From Planctomycetota bacterium (lineage in GTDB: Bacteria > Planctomycetota > UBA1135), in contig JASFYO010000016.1 of the NCBI GenBank assembly GCA_045047305.1, positions 1-64,000 on the forward strand: 64,000 nucleotides of DNA, written 5' to 3'. A program made the translations under genes and the position numbers. How positions within the stretch are numbered: position 1 is the first letter of the stretch; the number at the start of each line of letters is the position of its first letter. Under the pieces are notes generated by a model. The model made no database searches and had not been told where the DNA came from. It saw only the letters and a program-made list of their open reading frames with translations. Positions 42,781 to 51,826 of the stretch are shown in pieces.

Positions 42781-42852
42781 TTGTGGCCGCTAAGGTCTAG
42801 GAAATCGGTTATAGTGAAACCACCCCCTGGTTGTCACCTATCTGGCAGCCCG

Positions 42853-43158
42853 ATGATTGACTGGATTCCTAAACAGCATATACCTACATTTTCTAATCTG
42901 CCCGCCAGTCAACGGCGTCGCATTTGGCGATCCTTGTACGTAGCAACTTTTCAAAACCCACGCTCCATTTTCACATTTGTGCTCTTAATCGGTATCACGA
43001 TTAGCGGCATCATTCATGTAAGTGCTTTTGCGGCATTCCTGTTTTTTGTATCCTTCTGGTTGCACTGGGCCGTTTGTGGGCGCATCGCTTACCCAAAGGT
43101 GGAGGAAGCTATGCGCGCTGACGGTCTGCTTTCTGGCCAGACCCCAAACCGCGATTGA
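42853..43158 (+). CDS. Small hypothetical membrane protein
   Basis: Two hydrophobic segments; the stop overlaps the next gene's TTG start. Confidence 0.55.
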   Translation: MIDWIPKQHIPTFSNLPASQRRRIWRSLYVATFQNPRSIFTFVLLIGITISGIIHVSAFAAFLFFVSFWLHWAVCGRIAYPKVEEAMRADGLLSGQTPNRD

Positions 43159-44927
43159 ATTCAAATCTCCACGTTACGCTTCGAGCGATTGCAGCTCACC
43201 CCACTGGTACCACCAGCGCAGGATTTCCATATTTGAGCAAAGCATCCTGGCAGATTCTGCGTAACGAGGTTCCGTTGTTGTTTGCCTTTGGTGGGGAAGC
43301 ATTGCTTGCCAGTACGGAGCTGGAAAAGGAGAGCCTGAGCTTGAGCGCAAAGGAGCAAGTGCAGTTTGCCAATGCTATGCAAGTTGTGCGCCAAGTGACA
43401 TTGACTGCCGCAATCACAGCCCCGCCCGACCTTTGGTTATTGCGGAATGTTTTAGCAGCATTTGCAACTCTTGGTTTACACCGCAGACTTGTTCGCGGCG
43501 ACGCATTGTTCCCAGAAACTTGCGCTGTCGACGGGGTTTTATTAAACGCTACCGTTTTACGCACCAATTTGGAATTTCTTCAAGCCCGTGGCTTTGTCGA
43601 CGCCTACGATGAGGGCTATCGCATTGCGGGGCATCCGCGGGCACACGAGGTTTTTGAAGCAGCGACCCCGCTTCCCCAGGGCTTACCTTCCAGTACGGCT
43701 CGCTGGTGGCGTGATTTATTCTTCGCCGATGACGTTCCTGCGGAGCGACTTGCTTTGTTAGTTCAACTGGGAATGGATATCCCGCAACGCAAATATGCAT
43801 TTCAAAATCATTGGATTGCAACGCCAGAGGAGATCGAGCTAGGTTTCCGCTTGTTGCCTGTAGTGCTTGGGCTTCGCGCAACGGGTCAATCTGTAACCCT
43901 GAAGGAGGGAGTACCACTGGAAGCCGGGTGTTGGAAGAGTAAATCGCTGGAGGCTGAGGTTGCGGCACTCAACATTCTTCACGCAGCCGGTTGGGTAGAC
44001 GAGCAGAGCGAAAAAGTATTCACAGTGACCAAGCTTGGCGCGCGCGGATTCTCTCGTGGCCCAGGGCCGTTTGGAATCATTGAGACCTATCAGGCTTACC
44101 TCGACCAAGGAGTGCAGCTTCTACAGAAGGGAACTGCAGATGTTTGGGTGGAGCGTGGTGAAAACGTTGGTGCGAGCCAAGATGCGAACCGCCGCGGTTT
44201 CATTAACTCGAATGATGCTCTTGATCGTTTTTGTGAAGCAACTCATTTCGAATATAAGGTATTCGTGGAGCACGCAGTTGGCCGCGGGGAGGCAACCCGG
44301 ATTCGGTTCGAGCGCTCGGGCGATACCGAGATGCGCTACTTTGGCGCGGACTTAGAAGATGCCGCGATTGATGAAGCCCAGCGCGAGCAACAACGTGGCG
44401 TACTGCCCGCCAATATGCAGTTCGTCCGCCGTGCGGATATCGGCTGCCCTGAAATCCTTAAGCAAGCTTTAGATCAAGCCGGAGCGGAAACGAAGGGAGC
44501 AGTCATGATGGTCGGCAATGGTTTTCATGAAGTACGCGACCAAGATTTTGATTCGATGACCGCGGTGTTACGGGGATATGAAAACATGGGCATGGTGCTT
44601 TTGTTCACTGAGGAAAATGCACTGTCCGTGGAAGATTTACGCAACACCGCTTGGAATACTTATCATTCAGGTTTCAAGTATGTGCATGATCTATCGGGTC
44701 AAGTGCTACGTCCTGGAGTCGCTCGCACCGCTCATCGCTCCGGCCATTTGATGCGTGCCTCATGGGAAGAATGCGCTCTTGCTGCGGGGTATGTTCGCGC
44801 CGATGAATTCTGTTCACGCACGCGCACGATTTACCCTTACCCCACGCAGGATGGGCACAACCCATCTGTAAGCCGTAACCACTTTTTTATTCCTGGTGCT
44901 CTCGCGGAAGAATTGGGTCTAGAATAG
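43155..44927 (+). CDS. Putative AprA-MT1-related class I SAM methyltransferase with N-terminal winged-helix lid
   Basis: Motifs VFVEHAVGRG (motif I-like), FGADLE, ADIGCP, GNGFHE, YVHDLSGQ; motif order matches AprA-type MTs as I recall them. Confidence 0.55.
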   Translation: MNSNLHVTLRAIAAHPTGTTSAGFPYLSKASWQILRNEVPLLFAFGGEALLASTELEKESLSLSAKEQVQFANAMQVVRQVTLTAAITAPPDLWLLRNVLAAFATLGLHRRLVRGDALFPETCAVDGVLLNATVLRTNLEFLQARGFVDAYDEGYRIAGHPRAHEVFEAATPLPQGLPSSTARWWRDLFFADDVPAERLALLVQLGMDIPQRKYAFQNHWIATPEEIELGFRLLPVVLGLRATGQSVTLKEGVPLEAGCWKSKSLEAEVAALNILHAAGWVDEQSEKVFTVTKLGARGFSRGPGPFGIIETYQAYLDQGVQLLQKGTADVWVERGENVGASQDANRRGFINSNDALDRFCEATHFEYKVFVEHAVGRGEATRIRFERSGDTEMRYFGADLEDAAIDEAQREQQRGVLPANMQFVRRADIGCPEILKQALDQAGAETKGAVMMVGNGFHEVRDQDFDSMTAVLRGYENMGMVLLFTEENALSVEDLRNTAWNTYHSGFKYVHDLSGQVLRPGVARTAHRSGHLMRASWEECALAAGYVRADEFCSRTRTIYPYPTQDGHNPSVSRNHFFIPGALAEELGLE

Positions 44928-44981
44928 CCAAACATGCGTTTATTCACCCGTAGGTAAGATGGCTTAGGCCTTGAAAAACTC

Positions 44982-45338
44982 ATGGATATTACCCAAACGA
45001 CATCAAACACTGAACGCGAGCTCGGCATGCTCACGCACGTTCTTGCTTTCGCAGGAATGGCGATGCCTTTTGGCAGCATTGTGGGCCCGCTTGTAATTTG
45101 GCTCATGAAGAAGGATGAATCCGAGTTCATAGACCAATGCGGACGTGCTGTTCTGAACTTTCAAATCAGTTATGTGATCTGGTCCTTCGCAGCAGTGGTG
45201 CTTTGCTTTGTCCAGATTGGTTTCCCGATACTCTTCGTGTTGCCAGTTTTAAACATTGTTTTCACTATCATCGCAGCAGTAAAAGCACGCGATGGCATCG
45301 TATGGAGCTATCCGATGACGATAAAGTTTTTGAAGTAA
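44982..45338 (+). CDS. DUF4870 family membrane protein
   Basis: Motifs MLTH, GPLVIWLMKKDES, AVLNFQIS, YPMTIKF. Confidence 0.9.
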   Translation: MDITQTTSNTERELGMLTHVLAFAGMAMPFGSIVGPLVIWLMKKDESEFIDQCGRAVLNFQISYVIWSFAAVVLCFVQIGFPILFVLPVLNIVFTIIAAVKARDGIVWSYPMTIKFLK

Positions 45339-45476
45339 GTGTTAACTTGGTGTAATTCTGTCGCCCGATCCCTCAAGAGGGTGGCTGGATTCACTTCCGC
45401 ATGCCTACGGGGGAATTTTCATTCCGAATCACAAATGGATCTTTCACACCGGGGCAATCCGTGTTTTACGCAAAGG

Positions 45477-45508
45477 AAAAAGGCGTCGACATTACTGCCG
45501 GACGCCTT
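45477..45508 (-). terminator. Rho-independent terminator downstream of the leuA-like gene
   Basis: Minus strand AAGGCGTC-C-GGCA-GTAA-TGTC-GACGCCTT-TTT: GC-rich stem, GNRA loop and U tract. Confidence 0.7.
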
Positions 45509-45544
45509 AACGTGATCTACCCAGATGAGTAGAGCGAAAATCCC

Positions 45545-46777
45545 CTAAGCATCTTGCAGCACACCTGCTGCAGACAAGACTTCTTGCTCGGTTAACAAAC
45601 GGCTAGAAGCTTTTGCCTTTAGCAATACGGCAGCAATACGTTCTTCGGTTGCGTCGTGTCCGCGTTGCTCGAGGAACCAGATGACATTTGATTTTCCGCT
45701 CATCGGGCCAACGGAGATTATCTGCTCCATGCCGAAGTCGCCGGCGGGTACACCGGAGTAAACCAAGTCGGACAGCCAGCGGTCACCGAGCTTCATCGCC
45801 TTAATCACTGCAGCGGCATGGACGCCAGTGGCGGTTTCAAAAGCATCGCGACCAAATACCGGATACTCGCGGCGGATTGGTCGTCCAGTTGCTTCGGAGG
45901 CGAGCTTCACGTACTCGCCCAGGCGAGTGAGGTCGCGGTCGACCCAACCTAACAACTTAAGGTTGACCAGCAACAAATCCATTTCCGTGTTGCCAGCGCG
46001 CTCGCCAATACCAAGTGCAGTGGCATGTGCGCGTTCGGCGCCAGCAGCTAAGGCACTCATGGTGTTAATCACGCCCAATCCGCGGTCGCGGTGGCCGTGC
46101 CAATCCAAACCGATATGGGTGGCGTTTTTTTCCTCTAAGAAGTTTTTTAACCACTCAAAAATATTACGTACGGCATAAGGAATAACTCCACCGACCGTAT
46201 CGCAGATGCATAAACGGTCAGCGCCTTCATCAATCGCAGCGCCATTTAGTGCGGATAAAATTTCCGGTGTGGAGCGAACCGTATCTTCAGTCACAAACAT
46301 CAACGGCAAGTCATGGCTCTTGGCGAAGCGCACGGCATCGCGCACCATTTTGACCATGCGGTCCATATCCCAGTTTTCGGCGTAGGCACGAATGGGGGAG
46401 CTGCCAATAAAGGCGCAAACCTCAATAGGTGCGCCAGTTTCCTGCACCATGTCGACAACGGGCTCCAAGTCAGAGATCACTGTGCGGCATGCCACGTTCG
46501 GCGTAAGGTTCATCAGAACCATTTCTTTAGCCAAAGCCAAGATGTGTTCGCGCGCATGGCCCCCGGCTCCCGGAAGTCCAACATTCGCGGTGTTCACGCC
46601 TAACTCTTCCATTAAATGGATGAGTTCGATTTTCTTCTCCAACGGCGGATCCGTCACGCTTGGACATTGCAGTCCGTCACGCAGGGTTTCGTCGTCCAGC
46701 ATGACCTTGCCTGCAGGAGGAGGTTCATGGTGCGGGCCGGCACCGGCCCAATCGTAAATGAGATCTTCGCGTTTCAA
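45545..46777 (-). CDS. LeuA-family (DRE-TIM) 2-isopropylmalate/homocitrate-type synthase without a C-terminal regulatory domain
   Basis: Motifs DETLRDGLQ, CDTVG, HGHRDRG, GIGERAGN, GVHAAA, GPMSGKSN; 410 aa. Confidence 0.85.
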   Translation of the reverse strand: MKREDLIYDWAGAGPHHEPPPAGKVMLDDETLRDGLQCPSVTDPPLEKKIELIHLMEELGVNTANVGLPGAGGHAREHILALAKEMVLMNLTPNVACRTVISDLEPVVDMVQETGAPIEVCAFIGSSPIRAYAENWDMDRMVKMVRDAVRFAKSHDLPLMFVTEDTVRSTPEILSALNGAAIDEGADRLCICDTVGGVIPYAVRNIFEWLKNFLEEKNATHIGLDWHGHRDRGLGVINTMSALAAGAERAHATALGIGERAGNTEMDLLLVNLKLLGWVDRDLTRLGEYVKLASEATGRPIRREYPVFGRDAFETATGVHAAAVIKAMKLGDRWLSDLVYSGVPAGDFGMEQIISVGPMSGKSNVIWFLEQRGHDATEERIAAVLLKAKASSRLLTEQEVLSAAGVLQDA

Positions 46778-46786
46778 GTTTGTGCT

Positions 46787-47881
46787 CTATCGCTCGTCGT
46801 CACCGCGCAAGAACTCTTCTAGTTCCTGCTGGTTCCATTTCAGCGACCGCCCGACCCCTGCCAGGACTCTTTCGACAACCCAATCGGCAAGGCACAGCGG
46901 TACCGCGAGCATTTTCGCAGATTCTTCGCCATCGGCCACTACTAATCCCTCGCGGCGTAGTCTCCCCTGCGCTGAAACGAGATGGCGTTTTTGCAGTAGG
47001 TCGTCGCGATGGGCAGCGGCAAGGCGCAGGCATTCACCTGGAGAAAGGAAGAGGTCGATGTCTACCGTTTCCGCAAAGAACATATGCGCAATCAGCAGCA
47101 TGTGGTCTGGTCCAAGTTTGTGTGTTGCTGCGAGCCGCTCGAGGCCAAACTCGCGTCCGCCTGGAGTGACTGATAAGCGTCGACGGACATCGACCCATTT
47201 GGCATGTGCCATTTCACGCAATTCTTGAAGTCGGGGGGAGGGCTCCTCCGTAATCGGGTCGACCTCAAACAAGGCTCCGGCCCGCTGCATACAAATCTGA
47301 CGCCAGGCACCAATCTCCCACAAGTACTGCCCTTCATCCGAGAAAGGAACGGGGAGATCGCGGACAGTTTTACCCGCAGAACTTTCATCGATGGCTTGGC
47401 TGCTAGCCTCATTTTCTAGCTCTTTAATCGGCCAAAACAAGCTTAGAGCCTTGGGTGTTGGGCGAAAGTAACTATCCAAAGGATCAAAGCCCTGGGTGGT
47501 CTCTTCACAGTGGACCCAATTTTGCGTGCGCAAAAGACCCTGGCTACCCAGTAATTCCATGGTGAGGCTGCGCGGGAGCTCGGCGCGCATTAACAATCCG
47601 CAAAGCTGAATGCCAGAAAACGCCTCCGAGCTGCCGGATATTTTGCCGTGAAAAAGTAGCGCTAAAACCAGCAAGGCATGCGTATCAAGTTCATCGGCAG
47701 CCGGCAATTGCTGAATGCCGGGCAACAAGGGGAAAACCTGTTCGCCTAGAGTCTCAACCTGCAGACGGGTTTTGCGCAGGGATTCTTCAGATAGGCGGGC
47801 GCCGCGAGACGTTAGGTCTTGGAGTTCTCGAAGTTGATCACAAACTTCAAGGAGGCCGTCGAGAGGGGTGCAGTCGTGCAA
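46787..47881 (-). CDS. Hypothetical protein
   Basis: 364 aa ORF co-directional with the leuA-like gene, 9 bp apart; two similar segments (LLGSQGLLRTQNWV / LVSAQGRLRREGLV). Confidence 0.7.
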   Translation of the reverse strand: MHDCTPLDGLLEVCDQLRELQDLTSRGARLSEESLRKTRLQVETLGEQVFPLLPGIQQLPAADELDTHALLVLALLFHGKISGSSEAFSGIQLCGLLMRAELPRSLTMELLGSQGLLRTQNWVHCEETTQGFDPLDSYFRPTPKALSLFWPIKELENEASSQAIDESSAGKTVRDLPVPFSDEGQYLWEIGAWRQICMQRAGALFEVDPITEEPSPRLQELREMAHAKWVDVRRRLSVTPGGREFGLERLAATHKLGPDHMLLIAHMFFAETVDIDLFLSPGECLRLAAAHRDDLLQKRHLVSAQGRLRREGLVVADGEESAKMLAVPLCLADWVVERVLAGVGRSLKWNQQELEEFLRGDDER

Positions 47882-47928
47882 AGGAAAAAACTAGAGTCCC
47901 CTGAGTATGCACGCCTCCTCGTTAAATT

Positions 47929-48243
47929 TCAGCCATGCTTTTCCACCAAATCGCTCCACTCTTGAAAAGACTCCACAGCTTCTTGGCCATAGATCGGAAC
48001 AATCCACTTGCGGCCCTTCTGAAAAGTCTTGCCTGGGTTGAGGCCAACGCGGCGAATGAGATTGCTGACAAGCCAGACTTCATCTTCATCTTTCAGCACA
48101 AGGCGAACTTCCCACCCTTTACGGTAAGAGAGGTGCCCTTCCTGTTGGCGGGCGAGGTCCGGACGTCGACAATAGGCATTGCGGTTGAAAAATCTGCCAA
48201 GGCGGCGGCGGTCGGATAGGCGAGTGGGGGTCACCGAAGACAT
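47929..48243 (-). CDS. Small hypothetical basic protein
   Basis: The portion of ORF 47929..48585 that does not overlap mgtE; ATG 48243 gives 104 aa. Confidence 0.6.
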   Translation of the reverse strand: MSSVTPTRLSDRRRLGRFFNRNAYCRRPDLARQQEGHLSYRKGWEVRLVLKDEDEVWLVSNLIRRVGLNPGKTFQKGRKWIVPIYGQEAVESFQEWSDLVEKHG

Positions 48244-48321
48244 AGTGGAATCATAATCACAATCGTACATCGAATCTGCCCTTGTTCTAAAAGACTTGTG
48301 CGGGAAGCTAGGATAGTACCC

Positions 48322-49707
48322 ATGGCTCGTGTCCGTCGCCGTGAATTGCGCCACCAGGTGTTGAAAGCGCTCCAAGAACATTTGGAGCAGCCGGTTGGCA
48401 CGGTGTTCCATCCCGGCGAAGGTCAGCATGCGGCTGATATTGCCGACGTCATGTGGTTGGACCTCGATGCTGAAGATGCGCGTCGGATTTTCTTTGAGCT
48501 GGAGCTGAAGGAAGCTGCTGAAGTGATTGCTGAAGCAGAGGAGACTTTGCAAAAGCGTTTGCTCGAAGGCGGCGACCCTGAGCAAGTCGGTAAGTTGCTG
48601 GGTGAACTTTCCTATGACGATGGCACCGACCTCCTAGAAAACCTTGCAGAAGAATTGCGTCTGGAGGTCATGTGTTTTGTCACTCCCGAAGATGCGGCAG
48701 AATTGCGCCACCTTTCGGAATATGATCCGGATACAGCAGGTGGATTGATGACCACCGAGTTTCTAACTGCAACATCCGGCGAGAACATCGGCGATGTCTT
48801 GAAGCGCATCAAGCGCGACGAAGGAGAAGCAGAAAGCATCCACGTAGTTTTTGTGGTCGATGAACGCGGTGCCTTGCTAGGCGTTTTAAGTACACGCGAA
48901 TTAATCGAAGCTGGGATTCACGACACCGTGGGCGAAGTCATGATCCCCGACGTCATCCATGCGCGCGTCGATGAAGATAAAGAAGATGTGGCGCATCGGA
49001 TTCTGCACTACAACCTTTCCGCCATTCCGGTTTTGGATCCACGTGAAATCGTAGTCGGCATTGTCACCTCCGATGATGCGCTTGAAGTTATGGAAGATGA
49101 GGGCTCGGAGGACGCCTTACTTCTTGCAGGTGCTCACGGCGAGTCCGATGCCGGAGAACCTCTTGCGCGCATGGTTGCACACCGCGCGCCCATGCTTGCG
49201 GTCCCGGTGATTGCAGGTTTAGTTATAGCCAGGGTTATGGCGGGGTTCGATTTTGGGCACGGGCTTGGTATCGAGGAGGGGCCGTCGACTATTCGGGTCA
49301 TCATGAATTACATTCCGATGGCCTTGGCATTGTCAGGAACGGTTGGCATGCAAACCTCTGCGATTCTGGTGCGTGGATTTGCGGTGGGCCAAATTATGCC
49401 TGGCCGGCGCCTTTCCGTATTTCTTGGCGAAGTACGTGTAGGCATGGCATTGGGCTTACTCTGCGGATTGGTCGCGATGCCCGCGATTGGGTTGTTGCTC
49501 GGCCGTTTCGATATGGGATTCAGCATGGGACTGGCGTTGATGGCAGGCATGGCCTGGTCCGCGACCGCATCAAGTGCAATTGCAATGGGAAGCGAAGCGG
49601 CTGGCTTAGACCCGGCCCTCGTGTCTGGCCCGGTGATGATGGCGGTGAGCGATTTATCGTCGTCGGTGCTCTTCTTGGGCATAGCGTCGTGGATGCTTTC
49701 CCCTTAA
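48322..49707 (+). CDS. mgtE: Magnesium transporter MgtE
   Basis: Motifs HAADIAD, YDPDTAGGLMTTE, a CBS pair, GTVGMQTS, DPALVSGP. Confidence 0.93.
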   Translation: MARVRRRELRHQVLKALQEHLEQPVGTVFHPGEGQHAADIADVMWLDLDAEDARRIFFELELKEAAEVIAEAEETLQKRLLEGGDPEQVGKLLGELSYDDGTDLLENLAEELRLEVMCFVTPEDAAELRHLSEYDPDTAGGLMTTEFLTATSGENIGDVLKRIKRDEGEAESIHVVFVVDERGALLGVLSTRELIEAGIHDTVGEVMIPDVIHARVDEDKEDVAHRILHYNLSAIPVLDPREIVVGIVTSDDALEVMEDEGSEDALLLAGAHGESDAGEPLARMVAHRAPMLAVPVIAGLVIARVMAGFDFGHGLGIEEGPSTIRVIMNYIPMALALSGTVGMQTSAILVRGFAVGQIMPGRRLSVFLGEVRVGMALGLLCGLVAMPAIGLLLGRFDMGFSMGLALMAGMAWSATASSAIAMGSEAAGLDPALVSGPVMMAVSDLSSSVLFLGIASWMLSP

Positions 49708-49712
49708 ACTTC

Positions 49713-50816
49713 ATGCATATCCATCGTCGCCGAAACTTGCTGCTATTGAGCACACTCCTGCTTGGAGGAATGTTCTTAATGGCGTGGGCGTGGAAGCCGT
49801 TTCACGTAGTTGGCCCATCGATGGAGCCCTGCCTAACCGATGGAGATTGGTTGTTGGTAAGCAAGCAGACCCCGCAACGGGATGACCTTGTTGTTTTTCG
49901 TGAGCCGGACACAGGCAAGTATGCGGTAAAACGAGTCGCAGGAGTTCCAGGTGAAGCCGTGCAACTGGTCGACGGCGATTTATACCTCGATGGCCAAGTG
50001 CGCCAACGAAGACTTGGTTCCGTCGAGGACTTGGTTCCGATGATGGATGCTGTTGGCGAAGAGGTTGAGGCTGCGATGGGTTTATCGAAGCATGGGTTTG
50101 CGCCATCAGGTAAGCGTCACTGGAAGTTGGAAGGAAGCGGCGTAGCTTTTTTACAACGCCCACCCACAGCGAATTACCTATTGCGTGGAAACTTAATACA
50201 AGGTCAACTTCCCGCCCAAGATTTAGGGTTAGAGGTGGAGTTTGATTTACTTGCAGCAAGTTCAGAGTTACACCTAGTCTTGCGCAAAGGGCAGTCGACA
50301 TTCTTTGCCGTATTGTCGGAGCAAGGCAGCCGCTTAGAAGTCTTGCAGCAAGACCCAACGTTGAATGATCCATTAGTCCTGTTGGAAGTTGAGATTCCCG
50401 CAGGGTCCTCTCACGGCACAGCGTTTTTTACGCTCGCAGATCACGTCATCACCTTCGTTTTGAATGACGAAGGTGTGGTCGAAGATTTGGTTTATCCTGC
50501 CCCTTTGCCGCACCAAAATTCAGAACTACCGCTGGAGTTTCGCAAGATGGAACATGCGGGGCTCGGCGGGGTCGGCCCGTTGTTGGTGGGCAGGATTCGG
50601 CTGGGCCGTGATTTTCTTTACCGTCCCAGCGGAACCTATGGGGGGGCAAAGGCGTTGCAGTTAGCTGATGGTCAATACTTTCTGTTAGGTGACAATTCCC
50701 CGCAAAGCCGAGACTCACGTCAATACGGACCCGTTCCCAGCGAACGGATCCTTGGAATTGTTTCGTCCCGAGCCTGGCCGCGCGGCTGGACCGATCGGGG
50801 TTGGCCGGTTGAGTGA
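49713..50816 (+). CDS. lepB: Signal peptidase I with a large internal insertion
   Basis: Motifs GPSMEP (Ser), VKRVAGVPGE (Lys), LGDNSPQSRDSR. Confidence 0.88.
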   Translation: MHIHRRRNLLLLSTLLLGGMFLMAWAWKPFHVVGPSMEPCLTDGDWLLVSKQTPQRDDLVVFREPDTGKYAVKRVAGVPGEAVQLVDGDLYLDGQVRQRRLGSVEDLVPMMDAVGEEVEAAMGLSKHGFAPSGKRHWKLEGSGVAFLQRPPTANYLLRGNLIQGQLPAQDLGLEVEFDLLAASSELHLVLRKGQSTFFAVLSEQGSRLEVLQQDPTLNDPLVLLEVEIPAGSSHGTAFFTLADHVITFVLNDEGVVEDLVYPAPLPHQNSELPLEFRKMEHAGLGGVGPLLVGRIRLGRDFLYRPSGTYGGAKALQLADGQYFLLGDNSPQSRDSRQYGPVPSERILGIVSSRAWPRGWTDRGWPVE

Positions 50817-51426
50817 GCCTGGGTCGGGTAAAGGGCCTCGTGCAGCGACCCTGGAAGACCCTGGCGTGCAATGGATGTTGGCCTTTCAAGCGGGTGATGA
50901 CGACGCCTTTACCGCGTTGGTTGAGCGTTATGAGGGAGCGGCATTTGCCATGTTGCGGCGGATTATGGGGCCAACGACTCAGATTGAAGACCTTGCTCAG
51001 GAGGCCTTCCTCCGCGTTTGGCGTTATCGAGATCGGTATAAGGCACAGGGCAAGTTCACGACCTTCCTTTTTCGTATTACCTACAACCTTGCGCTCAACT
51101 GCATCCGAGACAACAAGCGAAAGCCGTTGTATTCCATGCCCAAGTCTGCTGACGGAATCGAAATGGAGTCGGAAGACCCGTATGCGGCCTCTCCTGAGGA
51201 TGGCGCAAATGCATCACATTGGGGCAAGATTGTGAAGAGTGCTTTGAGTGAACTACCTGAGAACCAACGCGCAGCAGTGGTGTTCCAACACTACGACGGC
51301 CTAGAGCTTCATGAAATCGGGGAAATCCTCGGCATAAGCCCTCAGGCCACCAAGTCCTTGCTCCATCGAGCGCGGGCAAATCTGCGTGCTCTCCTGTCCC
51401 CTTATCGAGAGGCCGAAAATGACTGA
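50809..51426 (+). CDS. ECF RNA polymerase sigma factor
   Basis: Motifs AFTALVERY, EDLAQEAFLRVW, FTTFLFRITYN, LPENQRAA, KSLLHRAR. Confidence 0.93.
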   Translation: MSEPGSGKGPRAATLEDPGVQWMLAFQAGDDDAFTALVERYEGAAFAMLRRIMGPTTQIEDLAQEAFLRVWRYRDRYKAQGKFTTFLFRITYNLALNCIRDNKRKPLYSMPKSADGIEMESEDPYAASPEDGANASHWGKIVKSALSELPENQRAAVVFQHYDGLELHEIGEILGISPQATKSLLHRARANLRALLSPYREAEND

Positions 51427-51826
51427 TTGGCTAGATGAAATCCTTGATTGCGACACACCGGAATCGGTGCCCGAAGGCTTTGCTGCCCGTGTAGTAGCGG
51501 CGGCTCAGGCAGATGGTGCAGATGTCGAGCGTGATGGCCGTGGCCGCTTGATTAGTTTTCCTCAACTGATGAGCATGACCGCTGCAGCCGTGTTGCTGCT
51601 GTCGGTTGGTTTTTGGATGGGTCAAGGTGCCGATGCCGTGCATCAGCCGGTGGCCATAGGGCAGGGGCCAGAAAACGCCATGCTTAATTTAGATGAGCTT
51701 TATCAGAACCGAGAAGTCCTAGAGGCATTCGATATCCTTTCTGACGAGGCTTTGGATTCGGCTTTCTTAGATGTAGAAAGCGGGACGTGGGCTTTGGATT
51801 ATGCTCTCGAGGAGGAAGGCAAATGA
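51419..51826 (+). CDS. Putative single-pass anti-sigma factor
   Basis: Overlaps the ECF stop; VPEGFAARV motif followed by one TM helix. Confidence 0.7.
   Translation: MTDWLDEILDCDTPESVPEGFAARVVAAAQADGADVERDGRGRLISFPQLMSMTAAAVLLLSVGFWMGQGADAVHQPVAIGQGPENAMLNLDELYQNREVLEAFDILSDEALDSAFLDVESGTWALDYALEEEGK

Noticed and set aside
45401..45532. 43-codon ORF MPTGEFSFRITNGSF... and a possible ncRNA in the DUF4870-leuA gap
   Set aside because: There is no clear RBS, the strongest hairpin is explained as the leuA-like terminator, and I recognise no RNA family. A gene remnant cannot be excluded.
47929..48585. 218-aa ORF overlapping mgtE
   Set aside because: The N-terminal half is antisense to mgtE; only the part from ATG 48243 is plausible.
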